Source: Octopus vulgaris
Lineage: Eukaryota
Reading direction: 5' to 3'
Assembly: GCA_951406725.2 (NCBI GenBank)
Contig: OX597840.1
Location: 15,996,001-16,060,000, forward strand
DNA: 64,000 nt
Shown here: positions 23,900 through 36,661 of the stretch, piece after piece
How the letters are laid out: each line of letters begins with the position of its first letter
How positions within the stretch are numbered: position 1 is the stretch's first letter
Made by a program: the position numbers and the translations under genes
Notes under the pieces: model-generated
Told to the model about the DNA's origin: nothing
The model's input: the letters and a program-made list of their open reading frames with translations, nothing else
Databases searched by the model: none

Positions 23900-25502
23900 A
23901 AAATTTCGTTTTGTTTAGTGAAAATGATGAAACGAGTTTTTGTCATTGTTTGAAAGTTTAGAAATATCACAGGCCTTTGAAGAAACTGCCATTCTTAGCT
24001 CATTACTTGGGATTCCATCAGTATGTCTGGTACAAAGACGATTTTTTGCATAATTCAATTTGGTAAAAAACTGCTCACATTGATAAGTTGTCGAAAATTG
24101 AGATGCAAATTTCAAGGCATTTTTATGTAAAGCAGGGAATTTCTCTGGATTGATGGATCTGTAGAAATTCAATATAGATAGATTATAATATTTTGATTTT
24201 ATTAAGTTACTAGCAGTATAACCCGGCATTGCCCAGGATTAAGTTAGGATTATTAAGCTAATCAAGTTCTTTATTTCAAACCAAAGTAACATTTGAAATA
24301 AATCTTCACCCCTAGTTGTTCCATACATTGATTTCAAGGCAAGAAATGTTGAAGTTTGCAGTTATTCCATGTATAAATATTGCCACCTGAGCAGTATAAG
24401 ACAGATCAATTGTCTCATCAATAGCTAACGAATACAATACGAATTCTGCTGCATCAGATTTTAGAGAATTTTGAATGTCATCAGTAATATCTTTAATATG
24501 ACCAGAAGCAGGTCTTCCTGATAAGCTAATATTTCCAAAGTTTCCCATGGGCATAGATTCCGAGTTTGATTCCAAGCAGTGACCTGAACAATAACAACAA
24601 TAATAATAATAATAATAACATCGAAAAATACCTTAGGAGTGAGAACCCAGGTTCAAAGTTTCCCCAAGACACCTGAAGAAGGCTGGAGAGTATATCAGCT
24701 GAAACATTGTGTTAACAACAAACAAGATGAGGATAAATATCCATCAAATATAAATAATAAACTAAGTTTTTCTGAGCTTATATTCTCAACAACAGTAAGG
24801 ATACATTCTTTAACAAATTCACCATCACTATGTGGTTTGAGTTTTTTAACAATATTTCCACATACGACATAATTAGCTAAAGTTACTAATTTATTTTCAA
24901 GACTCAGCCTTTTCAAAAGAGCTTGTCTTTTAGTTAGGTTTTCTTTCAAGGAGGCTATCTTGTCTAAACGTCCAGATTCTTTCAAATTTTCATAGGTCTT
25001 ATGCTTACTCACAAAATGTCTCTCAGTATATTTTATACAAACAGTTACTTGTTCGTTGCAAATAAAACAAATGCACTTGTTATCTATTTCTATAAAAAAA
25101 TAATTTCAGTCCATTTTTCAAACAAAGCACTTCACCAGCATTACTTTTTTTTTTTTTTTTAGGATTTTTTATAACCGCTTGCCATATTGATAAGGGTATT
25201 GGAAAATTGATTTGACAAGGTTAACTAAGTTATAAACTGGTGAAATTTATATTATCACTTTTGGTTTGTAGTCGTAATGCATGCATTTAGTGTTGTAAAA
25301 TATAGTAAAAAATAAAAATCTGCAAAAAATTAAGATGTTTGTTTGTTTCTGCAAGGTTTAACTTGATTTTTCTCTCACCCTTGAACTCACAGGTGTTGGT
25401 GAGTGGATAGGGAAGGGCAATAACTTAAGAAACCGATGGCAGATGAAAGTAACTCCTGTTGACCTTCTTGACACTGACTGATAGCAAAAATGTGGCAACC
25501 CT
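23900..25502 (-). mobile_element. Decayed hAT transposon (SPIN/Charlie/GTF2IRD2-like transposase)
   Basis: KPHSDGEFVKECI, YSLAIDETIDLSYTAQVAIFIHGI and FPALHKNALKFASQFSTTYQCEQFF motifs; possible TIR remnant tggcaaccct at about 25493-25502; interrupted by a SINE at 24556-24760. Confidence 0.85.
24556..24760 (+). mobile_element. 5'-truncated hammerhead-bearing SINE (family E)
   Basis: Matches 25559-25805; decayed core gacac-CTGAAGA-a-ggctg...cagct-GAAACATT-gtgtt. Confidence 0.8.
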
Positions 25503-25558
25503 TTCATACAATTCTATATTTAAGAGATGAGGAATTACGTACATTATTTAAATTTGAC

Positions 25559-25805
25559 GGATATATGGCGTAGCGGTTAAGAGCGCGGGCTACTAACCCC
25601 AAGATTCCAAGTTCAATTCCAGGCAGTGACTTGAATGATAACAACAACAACAATAATAATAATAATAATAACAATATGGAAAAATACCTTAAGAATGAGA
25701 ACCCAGGTTTGAAATTTCCCCAAGACACCTGATGAAGGCTGGAGAGTATATCAGCCAAAATGTTGTGTTAACAACAAACAAGATGAGGACAAATATCCAT
25801 CAAAT
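25559..25805 (+). mobile_element. tRNA-headed SINE (family E) with a minimal hammerhead motif in its 3' half
   Basis: A-box tggcgtagcgg, anticodon-like arm ggg-ctactaa-ccc, B-box gttcaattcc, (AAC/AAT)n linker, HHR-like motif at 25724-25769. Confidence 0.85.
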
Positions 25806-25973
25806 ATAGGTGCAGGAGTGGCTGTGTGGTAAGTAGCTTGCTTACCAACCACATGGTTCTGGGTTCAGTCCCACTGCATGGCACCTTGGGCAGGTGTCTT
25901 CTACTATAGCCTTGGGCCAACCAAAGCCTTGTGAATGGATTTGGTAGGTGGAAACTGAAAGAAACCCATCGTA

Positions 25974-26028
<55 letters not shown>

Positions 26029-27513
26029 CTGTTTGTCCCCTCATCACTTGGGTTGTTTACGTTCCTGTAACTTAGCAGTTCGACAAAAAAGACCAATAGA
26101 ATAAGTACTATGCTTACAAAGAATAAGTCCTGGGATCGATTTGCTCAACTAAAGGCGGTGGGCCTTCATAGCCACAGTCAAATGACTGAAACAAGTAAAA
26201 GAGTAAAGAGTATACTTTTTTTATAATCCTATTCCCAAAGCACCAAATTAGTAGTTTCTGTTTCAATGAAGCTTTACTAATTTGTTTTTGATCTTTAATA
26301 GATTTTTTAATATTTTTTGCTTATCGATTGACAGAAAGCAAGTAAATGTCAATTTCAGAGATTTTTTTTCCTTAAAAACTTAACAAATGAAACAGGGAGG
26401 AAAATTTAAACACTTGGGGTTCTTGGATATGAATAATTTTTACACAGTATAGGAGTGTCTGTGTGTTAAGTAGCTTGCTTACCAACCACATGGTTCCGGG
26501 TTCAGTCCCACTGCGTGGCACCTTAGCCAAGTGTCTTCTACTATAGCCTTGGGCCGACCAAAGCCTTGTGAGTGGATTTGGTAGACAGAAACTGAACATA
26601 CATATATATGCATGTATGTGTGTGTGTATATGTTTGTGTGTCTGTGTTTGTCCCCCCCAACATCGCTTGGCAACCGATGCTGGTGTGTTTATGTCCCCAT
26701 AACTTAGAGGTTTGGCAAAAGAGATCGATAGGATAAGTACAAAGCTTACAAAGAATAAGTCCTGGGGTCGATTTGCTCGACTAAAGGCGGTGCTCCAGCC
26801 TGGCCGCAGTCAAATGACCGAAACAAGTAAAAGAGTATCTGCTACAATCCTTCAGCTTTCATTTCATATAAAAATTATTTCGATACATGCAATATATTCT
26901 TAGTTTTGTTAGCTAAAGTGAAGTTGGGTCTCAAGAGAGTGGCACAAACCTAGCAATATCTTTTACAGTGGAAACAAAATTTCCATTCAAATAGCAATTA
27001 CTGGACGATTTCTGTAGGAGTCTGACTGTTTTAAGTCATAGTGGAAACCCAACCTGTATCGCAAAAAGGCATACGAGTATTGCATAATTTTATAGGCGTA
27101 AGAGTGGCTGTGTGGTAAGTAGCTTGCTTCCCAACCACATGGTTCTGGGTTCATTCCCACTGCGTGGCACCTTGGGCAAGTGTCTTCTACTATAACCAAA
27201 GCCTTGTGAGTGGATTTGGTAGACTGAAGCAAAGCCCATTGTATATATGTAGATATATATATATGTGTGCGTGTGTGTATGTGTGTTTGTCCCCCCCAAC
27301 ATCACTTGACAATGGTTCGGCAAAAGGGACCGATAGAATAAGTACTAGGCTTACAAAGAACAAGTCCTGGGGCCGATTTGCTCGACTAAAAGGCGGTACT
27401 CCAGCATGGCTACAAACTAGTAAAAGAGTAAAATGAAAAAGTTACTTTATTTTGTACATACAAATATTGGGCTTGCAGGGGTTTCCCCACCCCTGGTTTA
27501 AAGATATGCTAGT

Positions 27514-27956
27514 CAGGGATGGGCAACTTTTCATCAACTGGGGGCCCTGCATTGTACCACTTCCATGTGGTAAAACACATATGCATTGAATACTGCTTGA
27601 TAAAACACATATGCATTGAATACTGCTTACCCACTTTACATTGAATTTTTGCAGTTCTTAATTTTATTCGTCCTAATATGAAAGCTGGCATCTCTTTCAT
27701 TATTTCCTAACGATAATAATGATTACTAGTGTAAATAAATTATAGTTTAAAATATTGAGCTCAAAACAAATAAAAGAAAATTCATTGATATTTCATTAAA
27801 GAACAAATTTCATTATCTGTATCAATGAGATTTTTGAATAGTCACATTCTTTACCATATTTTCAATATTGGGTAGAATTTGAGATGTTGCTATTCTTAGG
27901 TTATGCTGCAAATTAGTAAGCTAGAAACTCATCAAGGGCTGCAGGTTGCCCATGCA
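27514..27956. mobile_element. hAT-type non-autonomous element
   Basis: TIR-like ends cagggatgggcaac / gttgcccatgcatg. Confidence 0.6.
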
Positions 27957-30873
27957 TGCATTAGATAATGTAGTCTTGAATGCATTGTATCTGAACAGCT
28001 AAGGACTAGTCACAGTAGGAATATCTTTGATCATGTCTGCTTGATCAGGACTTCTCTGTAGCTAAACAACCACCACTACTTCCACCACCCTGTAGTAGGT
28101 AGGTCTAAACATCACACACACAGAGATACTCGTGCATGTACAAACACACGCTTCCATACATAAATATGCACATCCTGTGTAGCTAAAGGAAATATTATTT
28201 TGAGAATGCCAGAGTTATTTGAGCCATATTGTCGGCCACATTGCAAACATCCGTTGTTTACAGTGATGCGAGGGGATGTCGACAGAGACCGAGAGACAAT
28301 GGGCAGAAATTACAATAAGAACCCCACTATTCTCAAATACCATGTCATTGGATTCACATTCTCAGTAATGCTGTCCCCCCTCCCCCATCTCTCTCTGCTT
28401 CTTCTAATATTAACATCAACCTCTGCTCGTTTTAACACCTCTTCCCCATCCTTTCATTAGCCTTTGCAAATTTTGCACTTTGTTGATCAATTTCATAATC
28501 ATCATCACTACTTCTTTGGTTTTTATTCTTCCATTTCCATTTTTACCCCATGCTGGCATGCATTGGACAAGATTTATTTTGGCAGGATTCTAGGGGCCAA
28601 ATATTGCCCTTCTTGTCACTAACCAACCTTCACCATTTTTTTTTTCAAGTAATGTTATTAATGAAGTGGTCTTCACACACAAAAACCACCCAGGTACAGT
28701 CACATACTGAAGACCAAATTCTTCACTCTTGGAATTCACAATGTCAATTCTCAACCATTTTTTAAAACTGCATCCCCTTTTCATAGAGTGACATTTTACA
28801 AATAACCCCGCCCCATAGTCTGAATTTAAAAAATCAGTTTTTAAATTGAAGTGAAACTAATTCTGTACTATAGTATTTTATTCAGACTTTTTCATGTTAC
28901 CTCATCCAAATTTTTTTTTTTAAAGATCTTTGCATTGGTTTGTGTCCTGTCCCTTCTGTTAAACTTCTATGAGAATTACTGAAGGGGAAGGACTTCTATA
29001 ATGAAATTATATTGGACCTTGCTACATCATCAGTCATGTTTCACTATGTTCACCTACAGACATTTGTGTGGACTAGAGCCTTCATTATCATCATGTTTAA
29101 ATTATTAAAGAAGCTGAGAGCTTCTAGAATGAAATTATATTGGTCCTTGCTACATCATCAGTAATCTTTTTCTATTCACGGATAACACAGATATTTCTGT
29201 AGACTAGTGCCTTCTATTTTTAAATTACTAAAGAAGCTGAGGACTTCTAGAATGCAATTATATTGGACCTTGCAACATCAATCACATTTCTACTCAATGA
29301 TAACACAATGTCTTCCTACACAGTTGAGAAGACAGCAGCATATCATTGGTTATAAAGAATTTGTGCATCAGAATTGCACCACGGAGGTGACAGTAACATT
29401 AACCAAAAAGACAAAGCATTAATATATTGGTTTCAAATTTGGGAGGGGTTAAATCAATTACATTGACCCCCAGTGCACAACTGGTACTTATTTTATTGAC
29501 CCCAAAATGATGAAAGGCAAAGTCAACCTCAGCACATAAAGCATTAATATACTGAGTTACTTATTGACAGGTTTAATCCTTTAAAGATTGAATCAACTCC
29601 TGTACTTAACTGCCACTTATACAAATCAATGAGAGAGCCACTAGGTAGTCTTAAACTTTTATAAATTCATTCCCATCCAGGAAGTTTGAGAGGAATATTA
29701 ATCGTTTTATTGCAAGAATCAGATATATTCACTCAAAGATTTCATTACCTTTAAGTGCCAGGAAAAAAAGCAAAAGGTGGGATGGTCACAGGTGGAACCC
29801 TCTTAATAGGTCCAACCCATCAGGGTTTATTAGAGGGTGATTAATAACAAGTATCACACCTCTATCATTGTTACTTTGTGTAACTCCACTCACCACCCGG
29901 TTTCCTGTCCCTTGTTCTTTGAAATGCATCACCCACCCCATCCTTCGATAATTTGACTTCAAGAGATTGGAGGGCCTGAAAAAGGCTATGACCACAACAC
30001 TTTTGTGCTTAAAGAATTGTTTCCGACATTGGTAAAAAGCCTGAAATTTTGAGGAAAGGGGAAGGGGTGTGTTTAGTCAATGAAATCAATTCAAGTCTTG
30101 ATATTTTATTTTATCATCACTGGAGGGATGAAGGATGAAGTTAACTCTGTTAGGGTTTGAACTCAAAACATAAAGAGCTGAAACAAATACTACAATGCAT
30201 TTTGCTCCTTGCTCTAACAATTCTGCCAATCTACAGCCCTTAAATTGTTCTCAATATTGGAATAAGGTCTGAAATTGGGAGGAAAGGGAGATGAGCTGAT
30301 TATATTGACCCCACACTATTACTGTGAAAAGCACCCAGTACACTCTGTAAAGTGGTTGGCATTAGGATGGACATCCAGCTGTAGAAACCATGCCAAAACA
30401 GACAGGGAGCTGAGTAGCCCTTCCGCTGGTCAAACCATCTAATCCATGTCAGCATGGAAAACAGGCATTAAATGAGGATGAAGAATAGAAAACAAAATTG
30501 ACCTCAGTGGAATCGGAATTCTGAATGTAGAACTGGACAAAAAACAGCAAGACATTGTTTACATTTTGGCCAAACTTCCACCCTTAATTAATTATAATTG
30601 TGGCACAAGACTAGCTATGTTTTAGGAATAGGGGGCAAGCCAATTACATAGACCCCAGTAGTTGGCAGATACTTTGCTTTTCAACCTTTCAGGTTTAATA
30701 AAATAGAGTCAACCTTGGTGGAATTTGAACTCAGAATGGAAAGCTAGAAGAAATGCTGCTAAGCATTTTGTCTGATTTGCTAACCACTCTGCCAGATAGT
30801 CACCTGTGTAAAAAGAATAATCATAAAATAATAACAATGTTTTCTGGTTTACAGTCAAGGCCAACAGTTTTAA

Positions 30874-31087
30874 CCCTTTTGTTACTGCATTTATTCTGAG
30901 ATGCTCTGTGTTTCTTTCAATTAATTTAAATATAACAAAGAATTTAGTAAAATAACTGAGTTATCGTTAAGCTAATGTTAGGAACATAAATTGTGACTAA
31001 GGTTTGGTGGAAGATTTTAATTCAGAACTTATGAAAACAAGACATTTGTACTCAGAGCTGGTTTTGGCTGGGTTGGTAACAAAAGGG
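30874..31087. mobile_element. TTAA-targeting (piggyBac-like) MITE
   Basis: ttaa-cccttttgttac ... gtaacaaaaggg-ttaa. Related elements at about 15452-16220, 46889-47080, 59948-60173 and 60778-61173. Confidence 0.8.
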
Positions 31088-32531
31088 TTAAGGGGATGGG
31101 CTAGTTAATACCAACGACACCAATACTTGGCTGGTACTTTATTTTATTGACTGCCTCCCCCCCACACACACACACAGAGAGGGGAGAAAGACAAAGGTGA
31201 CATTGGCAGGATTGAAACAGAGCATAAAAGGGGTCGAAAGAAATACTTCAAGGTATTTTCTCTGAAGCTCTAAAGATTCTACCAAATCCACTGCCATAAT
31301 AACAATTAAATTAAAAAAAAAAAGACAATTGAATATTTATTATATATAATTTATATACACATACATGAAGTATACATACATATACTATACCTATAGTATA
31401 TACATATATGCATCATTAGTATATACATATGTATACACACATGCATATACATCAAATACATGTATATGCAAGATGAGGAAAAAAAAACAACAACAAAAAA
31501 GAAAGAGGAGGAAGGGATCTCTGTTGGTTTTGACAATGTTTCTGTCTGGAATACTCAGCCACTTGGCTGAGCTGACCAGACACTTGTACCTTTAGTGTTA
31601 TCCTCATCCAGAATTAGTGTGGAATTGTGTGTGACAAGGTAGATCCTTTGACTTGAACAGTCCCCAACTAGCAGGCTTCCACACAGTTTCCATCTGTCCA
31701 ACATTCAACTTCTGGCTGTGGTAACAGACACTAGCCCAAGAAAGCCATGCAGTGGGATCAAACCTGAGACCTTGTGTTTGCAAAGTGAACTTCTTAACCA
31801 CTCAGCCATGTCTAACATACACACACACACACATATCTACATACCTGTGTGTATGTAAATACATACACACACTATGTACAATATATATAACCCATACTAA
31901 CAAAGAAAAACAGATGTTAAAGAAACAAGATGACATACATTATATATATACATACATATACACACACATATACATATATAAAGATAAACAGATAGGGAGA
32001 GAGATACACACATTCTTACACATATCAACATGTGTGTATATATGCAGGCACATATAGACGTAAGTATATACATATACATCCAAAAATTTGAGTATATACA
32101 TCACCACCACTATTTAATTGTAATGCTCCATGCCGGTATGGGTTAGACTATACACACACACCTCAATACTACTTAGGGATATCCCTTTAACAGATATTGG
32201 AAGCAGTGAACAAAATCACGGCATAACAACAACACCTCTTCACCATCCACGGTAAGTCTGGTTATGAAATTTGAAATGTTGACTTTACTGTATTTTTGTG
32301 TGTAAGTGTATACTTACAGTGTACAGCTATTTTACACTGTCAGATTGGATAGTGTGCTTGACTAGAAGTACAGTACTCTGTTTATTCCTCTGTCTTTCGC
32401 AATGTAATTCTTGATATTAGCCATTCCTAATGTAACTTAACCTTAGTATCAGTACCTACAGACAATCAGCTTCATCGGACCAATGTTCCCCACTTTTTGT
32501 TCATAGTACTGAGGTATGAGTGTACATTTTT

Positions 32532-32564
<33 letters not shown>

Positions 32565-32594
32565 CCAAACATACATAACTCCCCGTCACACAGA

Positions 32595-32636
<42 letters not shown>

Positions 32637-33328
32637 CATACATACACACACACACAAACATTTACACACATAAATACATACATAGATTATTCATACATGT
32701 ATATGTAAAAACAAACATATAAACACAAATTATATATAAAGAATTTAAGTAATCCTCTCAGAGACATCATCTACATGGAAAAACAAGTTAAATTAGTGCT
32801 AAATTTAATGCAGTGAGCATCAAAAAATCTAACTAAAAGCATTTATGTGGTGAAGAAATGACAATATTAGCTCAATAGTAGCTAATATATTATAGCAATA
32901 ATTTCGTTAGAGGCAAAACTCCAAATATGTTTGTTTTATTCAACAATCCACAATCTGTGTATACCAAAGTAATTATGAGAGAAACAAAGTAATTAGTATA
33001 TTTAGACATAAAATAATCAGGGATTATCAAGAACCTCAGGGATTAATTATTTTAAATGAGGGTAATTTTCTTCACCTAAAAATTTGTACATCATCTCATT
33101 GATTCTCTCATGACAGCCTTGGCAAGTCTGCTGAAGTTCGCTTTGCTGAAGAGATTAAGAATGAATCCTGTTCAGAGTTATTCCCCCTACGTACTGGTAT
33201 TATAATATTAGCCACTGGCTTCTTTTAATCACCACTCAAGTAATTTCTAATTAAATTTTTGATGGTAACTACATTAGTATGTGTATCATCATTTGAAGTC
33301 CTCTTCCATGCTGGCATGATTTTATATA

Positions 33329-33395
<67 letters not shown>

Positions 33396-33562
33396 ATAAA
33401 ATATACAAGCACACATGTATATATTTACAAACTAACAAAATACATGCATATAGTAATATATATATATATACACACATACACACAAACATGTAACATTTAC
33501 ACACACACTCACATATCTATATATATACCCAATATACATTCACATGAGAAAAAGAATGTGAA

Positions 33563-33618
<56 letters not shown>

Positions 33619-34295
33619 ACAACAACAACAACAACCATAATAATAATAATAAGTCAGTTTGATGAGAGGGAAAAAGATTAAAAGAAAAATAAAGGGAAAA
33701 AAACAGGGTTTAGAATGTGTTTTTTGTTGGGTTTTTTTGTCTTGTTCCAGACATTTCCAATTTTAGGGGAGATGAGAGACTTAAGAAAACAATGTGGATT
33801 GGAGCTGCTTTTTGTAAATTTTTTGAAGTTATTTTCTGTTGTTGTCATTCTTAGGTTTTAAACAATTATTATCATTATCATTATTATTATTATCACAAGA
33901 TTACTTATAAAGGACCTAGCAAAAGGACAGATTACCAGTTTTGTGTTGGTATGGGGGAACAATGCAATTGTCTATAACCCCACCCCCTCTACCTCTTTCA
34001 AAACTTGGCTCTGTAGCTTAATTAGAAATTAGAATTATTATTGAAAATGTTTTTCTTTTTATTTGTTCAGTTAAAAATTGTTGTGGGGACGGGAGAGGGG
34101 ATTTGTATTTTATGGGGTTATAGTTTCATTTTTTTCTTACATTTTTATTTGAAGAAAATGTTGCAAATAAATAAAAATAAGGATAATTTATGAAAAAAAA
34201 AAACCAAAAAAATTCTGAATAGAGAGGAATGGTAATTAAGTTTCAATTAAAACTAAAAAAAAAAGAGCAAAGACCATATCATGGAAATTCGTTTT

Positions 34296-35227
34296 TCATA
34301 AACGAGTATCGATGACTGCTGCTGTTGTTGTTGCTGTTGTTGTTGTTGCTGTTGTTTCTTTCTTCTTCTTTTTCTTCTTCTTCTTCTCCCCCCACTGCTG
34401 CTGCTGCTGCTCCTTCTTCTCCACCACCTCTTCCTCTTCCTTCTCCGGCCCGTCCTCTTCCTGCTCCTGCTTCTCCTTGCACACTTTCTCCGTTCCAGCC
34501 GACACAGAGTCCGACACCGGCACCAACACCACCACATCGCCTCCCTCTTCCTCCACTTCCTCCTCCTCCTCCCCCACTTCCCCTCTCTCCGCTTCCTGTT
34601 GCTGTTGTTCTTGTAGTTTCTGCTGCCTCGTCTCCCCTCCTCCCCCTGCCTCCTCGGCCTGCCTCTTCCCCAGCATTGCTGTTGTCGATGATGGTGATGA
34701 TGGTGATGATGCTGCTGCTGCAACTGCCTTCAGTGTCATTGCAGCTGTATCTGCGCAGGTTGCCTTCAGTGAATACAGAGATGATGATGATGATGATGAT
34801 GCTGTTGCTGCTGTCGATGATGATGATGATGATGATACCCCTCCTCCTCCTCCACCCGGTACTGTTGTTGTTGCTATCGTTGTTGTTGTAGTTGTTATCG
34901 TTGTCGCAGGTGCTGGTGACATGGTAGTAGTTGCTGTCATCGCTGTTGCAGTGTTTGTAGTCGTCTGTGGTGACGCTGAAATCGGTGGAGCATTTCCAGG
35001 GCAACTACCACTTACACCACCACCACCAGTGCCACTGCTACTGGTGGCAGCGATGGTGGCAAGTGTCGGATGTTGGCGGACGATCAGCTCTGGGCCTCCA
35101 CCATACACGTTGTGTAGGAACTGCCACATCTCTCGAGACAGCTGGCCATGGTCGGAGCTGTTCTTTAACACCGGTTTACCATTCTTGCGTATCATTATTC
35201 GAGTGTTGTCAATGGCATCAGGAGGAG
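34296..35227 (-). CDS. USP20: USP20/USP33 deubiquitinase, last coding exon (end of DUSP2 plus low-complexity tail)
   Basis: Acceptor cctgcAG; (T)PPDAIDNTRI...SDHGQLSREMWQFLHNVYGGGPEL; the preceding exon ends with 1 spare nt and this one opens with 2; ends VIDTRL*. Confidence 0.92.
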
Positions 35228-35386
35228 CTGCAGGTGTATAGAAGAGAAGACATGTATAAATACGTATACAGGTAGATACAACATACATACAGAATCCACC
35301 AAAAACAATGTATACACACTTCAGGAAAGAAAATGTCTGGTATAAATATTTAATTTGTATAATTAGCTCTATAAATATAAATACCA

Positions 35387-35835
35387 TAAATCTTCGAGTA
35401 TAGTTCACTCTTGAGTATAATACGCAGGGGATTTTTAGGGGGCTGTACCTCTGAAAAACCTAAACCTTGTGTATAATACACATCCTTTCTCTAACTTGAG
35501 TCAAGGAGGTCTATATAATGTCCTTGGTTTGTAAAAATATATACGGTCACGTATTTTATTATTATTGTATATATAACATAATGCAAACGTGTAGCTTTTC
35601 TGTGCATTTTGTTTGCAGAAAATAAAGAAATAACAGTAATAATGTTTAATAAATGTTGCTTACTGCAAGTTATGGATGATTTAAGGTATTTTTGCACCCG
35701 ACATCACAAAATGCGTCTGAATAAACATTACCGGACAGCAAATAGAGACTCAAACATTGCTTGGAAAATAATTTTCATTTTTAACTTCGTGTATAATACA
35801 CACTAGGGATTTTGACCATTAAATTTTGGGAAAAA
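35387..35835. mobile_element. Probable pogo/Tigger-like DNA-transposon remnant
   Basis: Repeated cgagtata / cgtgtataatac subterminal-type motifs; no coding evidence. Confidence 0.4.
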
Positions 35836-36615
35836 GGCTTTGGTCGGTCTGAGGCTATAGTAGAAGACACTTGCCCAAGGTGCCACGCAGTGGGACTGAA
35901 CCTGATTCCATGTGGTTGGGAAGGTGGCTTCATGCCACACAGCCATACCTGCGCCTATATACAGATGTATACATACACAATGTACATTGGATGTCTTTGT
36001 ACCTAATACACTCTAGCTTCACCCATTCTTTGCTGCCAGTCATCACTCCCTCTCCCTCAGGCCACTCATTGTTAACATTCATCACTCATTCTTTCCACTG
36101 TCCACATCTGCTATTATCTGACCATCTGTACCCACCACTCCCATGCTCCAATCACTCTTGCTCCCTTCAACCACTCACTCTTGTTAACCTTTTTGTCATG
36201 GCTCTCTCTTCTAGTTGCCTTCTCGAATTGTGCTTTGAGCAACCAAACATGGCTTGGAGTAGTGTGGGCACTTTAATCTTATGGGACACTGCACCGTTTC
36301 TACTGGTGCCATTGAACAATGGACCCAGCATACTCTGTAGAGTGGTTGGTGAATGAGCAAAAACAGAAGGGTGAAGCTTCATACCACACAGCCACGCCTG
36401 TGCCTATATATATGTATACACACACACACAATGTTGAAGGTGATCCAAGTGCATCTGTCACCTGAATGGTCAATTCTGAGACAAATTCAGTTCATCAAAC
36501 TCTGAGGTATTCTTTTACTTGTTTCAGTCATTTGACGGTAGCCATGCTGGAGCACCAAGAAAGGCGAAGAAAGGTGACTTCAGGACTTATTCTTTGTAAG
36601 CCTAGTACTCATTCG

Positions 36616-36661
<46 letters not shown>

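Noticed and set aside
25559-25630. tRNA-Ser(ACT)-like gene
   Set aside because: No acceptor stem; it is the head of a repeated SINE. The same applies to the other tRNA-like heads.
34312-35241. 309-aa plus-strand ORF and other overlapping ORFs
   Set aside because: Shadows of the trinucleotide-rich USP20/33 last exon.
35228-35408. N-terminal part of the 370-aa ORF 34296..35408
   Set aside because: Lies upstream of the splice acceptor at 35228-29, so it is intronic read-through.
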